DNA from: Nitrosopumilus sp.
Lineage (GTDB): Archaea > Thermoproteota > Nitrososphaeria > Nitrososphaerales > Nitrosopumilaceae
Direction: 5' to 3'
Assembly: GCA_963662625.1 (NCBI GenBank)
Contig: OY759726.1
Location: 1,312,001-1,376,000, forward strand
Length of the DNA: 64,000 nucleotides
The position numbers and the translations under genes were made by a program. Positions 59,512 through 64,000 of this stretch are shown one piece after another (position 1 is the first letter of the stretch; the number at the start of each line of letters is the position of its first letter). The notes under the pieces were generated by a model that saw only the letters and a program-made list of their open reading frames with translations, made no database searches and was not told the DNA's origin.

Positions 59512-61032
59512 TCAGGGGTTGGCCCCCCGCTTCCCGTCGAGCATCCTCTTGAGCATGATCCTGTTCACGCCGTCGATCACCGCCTGGACGCTGGTGGTGA
59601 CGATGTCCTCGCCGACCGACCTGGCGGACACGCTGTTTCCGTGGGTGTCCGCCACCCTGATCGTCACCTCGCACAGCGCGTTGGAGCCGCCGGAGATCGA
59701 GGCCAGCCCGTAGTCCGTTATCCGGAGCTCCGAGATCTTGCCCGTGATCTTCTGGATGGCGTTCAGCGCAGCGTCGACCGGGCCCACCCCGTAGTCCGTC
59801 CTGCTGAATTCCTTCCCGTCTATGTTGAGCTTCACGAACGCGTAGGGCATCGTTCCGATCCCGGTGGATACCGAGAAGCCGGCCAGCTGGACTATCTGCC
59901 TTATCCCGCTGTCCCCGAGTATGCCGCTTGCGATCGACAGCAGCTCCACGTCGGTGATGATCTTCCCCTGGTCGCCGAGCGCCTTGACCTTCTCGAGTAT
60001 CTGCCTTGACTGCGACTCGGTCGGCCTTACCCCGTACTCCCCGAGCATGGCGTTCATGCCGTGGATCCCGGCGTGCTTTCCCACGCGGAGCACGCGCTTG
60101 CGGCCCACGAGTTCCGGGCTGATCGGCTCGTAGGTCAGCGGGTTGCTCAGGATGCCGTGCGTGTGTATCCCGGACTCGTGGCCAAACGCGTTGTCGCCCA
60201 CGATCGCCTTGTTCGGCTGCACCTGGATCCCCACGGTCTTCGACACGAACCTGGACGTGTCATAGATCAGCTCCGACTTTATGCCGGTCTCGTATTTCCG
60301 GTCGTACGGGAGGCACTGCAGCGCCATCGAGAACTCCTCGAGCGACGCGTTGCCCGCCCTCTCGCCAATTCCGTTTATCGTCACGTGCGCGCACGCGGCT
60401 CCCGCCCTGATCCCTGCCAGGGCGTTTGCCACCGCCAGCCCGAAGTCGTTGTGGCAGTGGACGCTCACGGGGAGCCCGGACGCCGCGATGGCGTCCCCGG
60501 TAATCTCCGCCATGTATTCCGGCGTGGAGTACCCCACGGTGTCGGGGATGTCTATCCTGTCGGCGCCCGCGCCCGCCACCTCGCCGAACACCTTCTTGAG
60601 GAACCCCCTGTCGGTCCTGGTGGCGTCCTCGGCGGAGAACTCCACCTGCAGCCCCCTGGACTTGCCGTACTCTACCGCCTCCACTGCCTTTCCGAGGGCC
60701 TGCTCCCGGGTCATCCTGAGCTTGTCCTCCAGGTGGATGTCGGAGGTCGCTATGAACGTGTGGATGTATTCCAGCCCCCCGTCCACCGCCGCGTCGATGT
60801 CCTTCTTGCTGGTCCTCGCCAGCCCGCATACCTCGGCCGAGAGGCCCTCCGCCGTGATCATCCTCACGGCGGCGAGCTCGCCCTCGGAGATCACCGGGAA
60901 GCCGGCCTCGATCGCGTCGACCCCTAGGGCGTCAAGCCTTTTTGCGATGGCCAGCTTCTGATCGGGGGACATCGATATCCCCGGGGTCTGCTCTCCGTCG
61001 CGGAGGGTGGTGTCAAATACCCTGACCCTCAT
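59512..61032 (-). CDS. leuA: 2-isopropylmalate synthase / (R)-citramalate synthase family
   Basis: DTTLRDGEQ, HCHNDFG, GIGERAGN, HESGIH, regulatory domain GPVDA; cimA specificity not excluded. Confidence 0.85.
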   Translation of the reverse strand: MRVRVFDTTLRDGEQTPGISMSPDQKLAIAKRLDALGVDAIEAGFPVISEGELAAVRMITAEGLSAEVCGLARTSKKDIDAAVDGGLEYIHTFIATSDIHLEDKLRMTREQALGKAVEAVEYGKSRGLQVEFSAEDATRTDRGFLKKVFGEVAGAGADRIDIPDTVGYSTPEYMAEITGDAIAASGLPVSVHCHNDFGLAVANALAGIRAGAACAHVTINGIGERAGNASLEEFSMALQCLPYDRKYETGIKSELIYDTSRFVSKTVGIQVQPNKAIVGDNAFGHESGIHTHGILSNPLTYEPISPELVGRKRVLRVGKHAGIHGMNAMLGEYGVRPTESQSRQILEKVKALGDQGKIITDVELLSIASGILGDSGIRQIVQLAGFSVSTGIGTMPYAFVKLNIDGKEFSRTDYGVGPVDAALNAIQKITGKISELRITDYGLASISGGSNALCEVTIRVADTHGNSVSARSVGEDIVTTSVQAVIDGVNRIMLKRMLDGKRGANP

Positions 61033-61511
61033 ACCCCGCTCCTCTGCAGCGCGGCGACGCCCGTCCGCGCCACGTCGACTATGCCGAACGGCCTTGCCAG
61101 CTCCTCGAAGGCCTTGATCTGGTCAGGGGTGGCGGTGAGCTCCACCATGATGGAGTGCTTCTTGACATCGTGCACCTTGCCGCCGTACGCGTTCGCCAGC
61201 TTGTTGATCTCCATGCTGTCGCTCGCCGCGCTGATCTTGATCTTGAAGATGCACAGCTCGCGGTAGACCGTCTTGTGCTCGTCCAGGTGCTTTACCTCCA
61301 CGGTGTCGATCATCTTGTCAAGCTGCTTGACTATCTGGTCGACCTGCCTCTTGTCGCCAAACGTGGTTATGGTCATCCTGGAGTACTCGGGGTTCTCGGT
61401 TATCCCCACCGAGATGCTGTCTATGTTGAAGTTCCTTGACCTGAACAGGTGGGTCACCTTGAAGAGTATCCCGGGCTTGTTTTCGACTAGGAGGGAGAGG
61501 ATGGACCACAT
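61029..61511 (-). CDS. ilvH: Acetolactate synthase small (regulatory) subunit
   Basis: LVENKPGIL, FNIDSISVG, SRMTI, KQLDK, ARTG; ATG at 61511. Confidence 0.93.
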   Translation of the reverse strand: MWSILSLLVENKPGILFKVTHLFRSRNFNIDSISVGITENPEYSRMTITTFGDKRQVDQIVKQLDKMIDTVEVKHLDEHKTVYRELCIFKIKISAASDSMEINKLANAYGGKVHDVKKHSIMVELTATPDQIKAFEELARPFGIVDVARTGVAALQRSGV

Positions 61512-61516
61512 TGCAA

Positions 61517-63202
61517 TCACGACGGCAGTATCATGTCCGACAGCGACGTCCCGGGGGCCACGAACGGCAGCACGTCCTCCTCCGGGTCGATGGGGATGTC
61601 GATTACGGTGGCAACCTCGCTGCCCAGCGCGGTCTTGATCGCCCTGCCCAGCTCGTCCATCGACTGCGCCCTTATTCCCTGGGCCCCGTAGGATTCCGCA
61701 AGCCTCACGTAGTCCGGGCAGCGCCCCTGGTCCACGCCTATCATCCTCCTCCCGTAGAACGTCCGCTGCCACTGGGCCACCATGCCCAGCGTAAAGTTGT
61801 TCATTATGAACACGATGACCGGGATGTCCTCCAGCACCGCGGTGGCAAGCGAGTTCTCCGTCATGTTGAAGCTGCCGTCGCCGGCGATGTCGACCACCGG
61901 CACGTCGGGCCGTGCCACCTTGGCGCCGATGGATGCCGGGAACCCCCAGCCCATGGTGCCCAGCCCGGTAGAGCTGAAGAACGTCCCCGGCTGGATCACG
62001 TCGTAGAACAGCGACGCCCACATCTGGTGCTGCCCCACCTCCGTGGTGATGACCGAGTCGTGCGGGAGCATCTCCCTGAGCTTCCTCAGTATCTTGGCCG
62101 CGCCCATCTCGCCCGGGTGCAGCTTGAGGTTCTCCTTCCAGTACGCCTTTATCTCCTCCACGTGCTTGATCCACTGGGTGTTCTCCGCCTTGACGCCCTT
62201 CTGCGCAAGCATCTTCACCATTATCCTCAGCGACGCCCGGACGTCGCCCACCACCGCCACCTGGGTGGTCTGGTTCTTCCCTATCTCCGCGGGATCCACG
62301 TCCATGTGTATGATCTTGAGGTGCCTCTCAAAGTCGGCAAAGGTGCCCACCGAGCGGTCCGAGAACCTCGTGCCTATCGCGAGCACGCAGTCTGCCTCGG
62401 TCATGATCCTGTTCGCCTCCGCGTGGCCGTGCATTCCGATCGGGCCCATCGCGAGCGGGTGGTTTTCAGGGAACGCGCCCTTGCCCTTGAACGTGGTCAC
62501 CACGGGGATAGTTAGCAGCTCGGCCACCGCCTGGAGCTCCGCAAACGCGGACGATATTATGGTGCCGCCCCCCGCAAGGATCACCGGCTTTTGCGCGTGG
62601 AGGAGCATCTCTATCGCCTTTTGCACGTTTGCGATGTCGGGGTCGGTCCACGGGTGGTACCCGCGTATCTTGAACTCGTCGGGGAACTCCATCTCGGACT
62701 CGTTCGTCTGCACGTCCTTCGGGACGTCGATCAGCACGGGCCCCGGGCGCCCGGTCTGCGCAATGAAGAATCCCTTTCTCACCACCTCGGGGATCTCGCC
62801 CGCCGTCCTCGGCTGGTACGCGTACTTTACCACGGGGTTTGCCATGCCGATGATGTCGCTTTCCTGGAACGCGTCGCGCCCTATCATGGCCACCGGCACC
62901 TGGCCCGTCACCGCCACCATGGGCGCCGAGTCCGCCTGCGCCGTGGCGATGCCGGTCAGGATGTTGGTGGCGCCCGGGCCCGAGGTGGCAAAGCACACCC
63001 CTGGCTTCCTGCTCACGCGGCCAAAGCCATCTGCCATGTGCGCCGCGGACTGCTCGTGCCTGACCAGGATGTGCCTGATGTCGCACCTGGCAAACTCGTC
63101 ATACATCGGGAGGTTCGCACCCCCCGGTAGGCCAAACACCTCCTTGACGCCCTCCTTCTCCATGGCAGTCATCAGCGCCTTTGCACCTGTCATGCTCGTC
63201 AT
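61517..63202 (-). CDS. ilvB: Acetolactate synthase large subunit
   Basis: FGLPGGA, RHEQ, TSGPGATN, GQHQMW, GDGSFNM..NN; start could be 63226. Confidence 0.95.
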   Translation of the reverse strand: MTSMTGAKALMTAMEKEGVKEVFGLPGGANLPMYDEFARCDIRHILVRHEQSAAHMADGFGRVSRKPGVCFATSGPGATNILTGIATAQADSAPMVAVTGQVPVAMIGRDAFQESDIIGMANPVVKYAYQPRTAGEIPEVVRKGFFIAQTGRPGPVLIDVPKDVQTNESEMEFPDEFKIRGYHPWTDPDIANVQKAIEMLLHAQKPVILAGGGTIISSAFAELQAVAELLTIPVVTTFKGKGAFPENHPLAMGPIGMHGHAEANRIMTEADCVLAIGTRFSDRSVGTFADFERHLKIIHMDVDPAEIGKNQTTQVAVVGDVRASLRIMVKMLAQKGVKAENTQWIKHVEEIKAYWKENLKLHPGEMGAAKILRKLREMLPHDSVITTEVGQHQMWASLFYDVIQPGTFFSSTGLGTMGWGFPASIGAKVARPDVPVVDIAGDGSFNMTENSLATAVLEDIPVIVFIMNNFTLGMVAQWQRTFYGRRMIGVDQGRCPDYVRLAESYGAQGIRAQSMDELGRAIKTALGSEVATVIDIPIDPEEDVLPFVAPGTSLSDMILPS

Positions 63203-63257
63203 TTTACCTTCCAAGTAGCACCCCATAATTTTAATGTGTTAAAGCTTAGGGCGCGCC

Positions 63258-63311
63258 TTACAGCAGGACGGCCAGCAGAAAAATGCCCGTGTTGTCCGTC
63301 CATGCGCCCAT
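63258..63311 (-). promoter_or_regulatory. Candidate Ile/Leu/Val-rich leader peptide (uORF) of the ilvB operon
   Basis: MGAWTDNTGIFLLAVLL*, with TATA-like TTTATTAG at 63347-63340. Confidence 0.45.
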
Positions 63312-63551
63312 TGAAACCACGTTTATGGCACAATGATAACTAATAAAGATTCTGCAAAGCCCCGGATGGGCGTGGAGCGCGCCGGGAGCCGGGCGCGGGG
63401 CTCCAGCGGCCCGCTGATCCGCCGGCGCAGCAGAACCTGCGCCGTGGAGACGCGGCGGCTGCCTGCAGCGGCGGGGCACGCGGGGCCCGGAAAAGACGCC
63501 CGCCGCGTCAGAAGACTTAAACCGAATATTCTGCAACCAGAGTCGGCTGTT

Positions 63552-63953
63552 TTGTCTGATCGGGAGGATATCATAGGGGTAATCGAGGAGCTCTTTGAGG
63601 CGGGAATCACGAAGGACATGGGCCGGCTCCGGAGCATCCACCTGGACGACCCACGGTTTTCAAGCTTCAGCGACCTGCCCCCGTACGACCTGAAGGACTA
63701 CCAGACGACGATAGAGCTAGAGGAGCTGCGGTTTGTCAGCATATCGGACTATTCCTACCAGATCAGAAACCCGAAGATCAGCGTCTTTGGTGACGTGGCG
63801 GTGGCCGCGATGGAGCTGGATCAGAAGGGGATGCTGGTGGACAACAAGGCATACACCGGCGAGCACATGGCGATCAGTGGGAGGGCCACCTTCGTGCTGG
63901 TGAGGCAGCCTGCGTGGAAGATCGCCCACATCCACCTCTCGAAGACCGGCTGA
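63552..63953 (+). CDS. NTF2-like/SnoaL (DUF4440) protein
   Basis: FSSFSD, KISVFGDVAVA, GRATFVL..WKIAHIHLS; TTG start inferred. Confidence 0.8.
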   Translation: MSDREDIIGVIEELFEAGITKDMGRLRSIHLDDPRFSSFSDLPPYDLKDYQTTIELEELRFVSISDYSYQIRNPKISVFGDVAVAAMELDQKGMLVDNKAYTGEHMAISGRATFVLVRQPAWKIAHIHLSKTG

Positions 63954-64000
63954 TGGGGGGGGGGCGGACTGCCCGCCCAAAGGCCAGGGAGCCCGAGTCT

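Overview
This is a GC-rich archaeal chromosome segment from an ammonia-oxidising thaumarchaeon (Nitrososphaerota, Nitrosopumilaceae-like). The assignment rests on PEFG-CTERM proteins, archaeal EF-1alpha/S10/Rpo12, a splicing endonuclease, FBP aldolase/phosphatase and a PINA ATPase. High GC, decayed IS elements and giant repeat surface proteins suggest a host-associated lineage such as a sponge symbiont; that is inference. The backbone holds housekeeping genes: larC-larE-iscS, pdaD, pepF, lig, fbp, tuf, aspS, udg-mpg and ilvB-ilvH-leuA-leuB. Three related giant secreted proteins (13283-20293, 48476-52411, 53995-58389) combine FG-GAP propellers, PKD, DUF285/BspA-like repeat arrays and a shared double SdrD-B-like C-terminus. 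They show cassette-like variation, recent repeat conversion and repeat-number change. An IS graveyard surrounds the second gene: an ISH3-like end, an IS630 remnant carrying a nested MITE and an A27 tract, and two IS481-like remnants. The pseudogenes appear to have decayed mainly by A:T->G:C transitions. A short Ile/Leu/Val-rich uORF with pairing potential precedes the ilvB operon and is a candidate archaeal attenuator. No rRNA, tRNA or CRISPR array was recognised.
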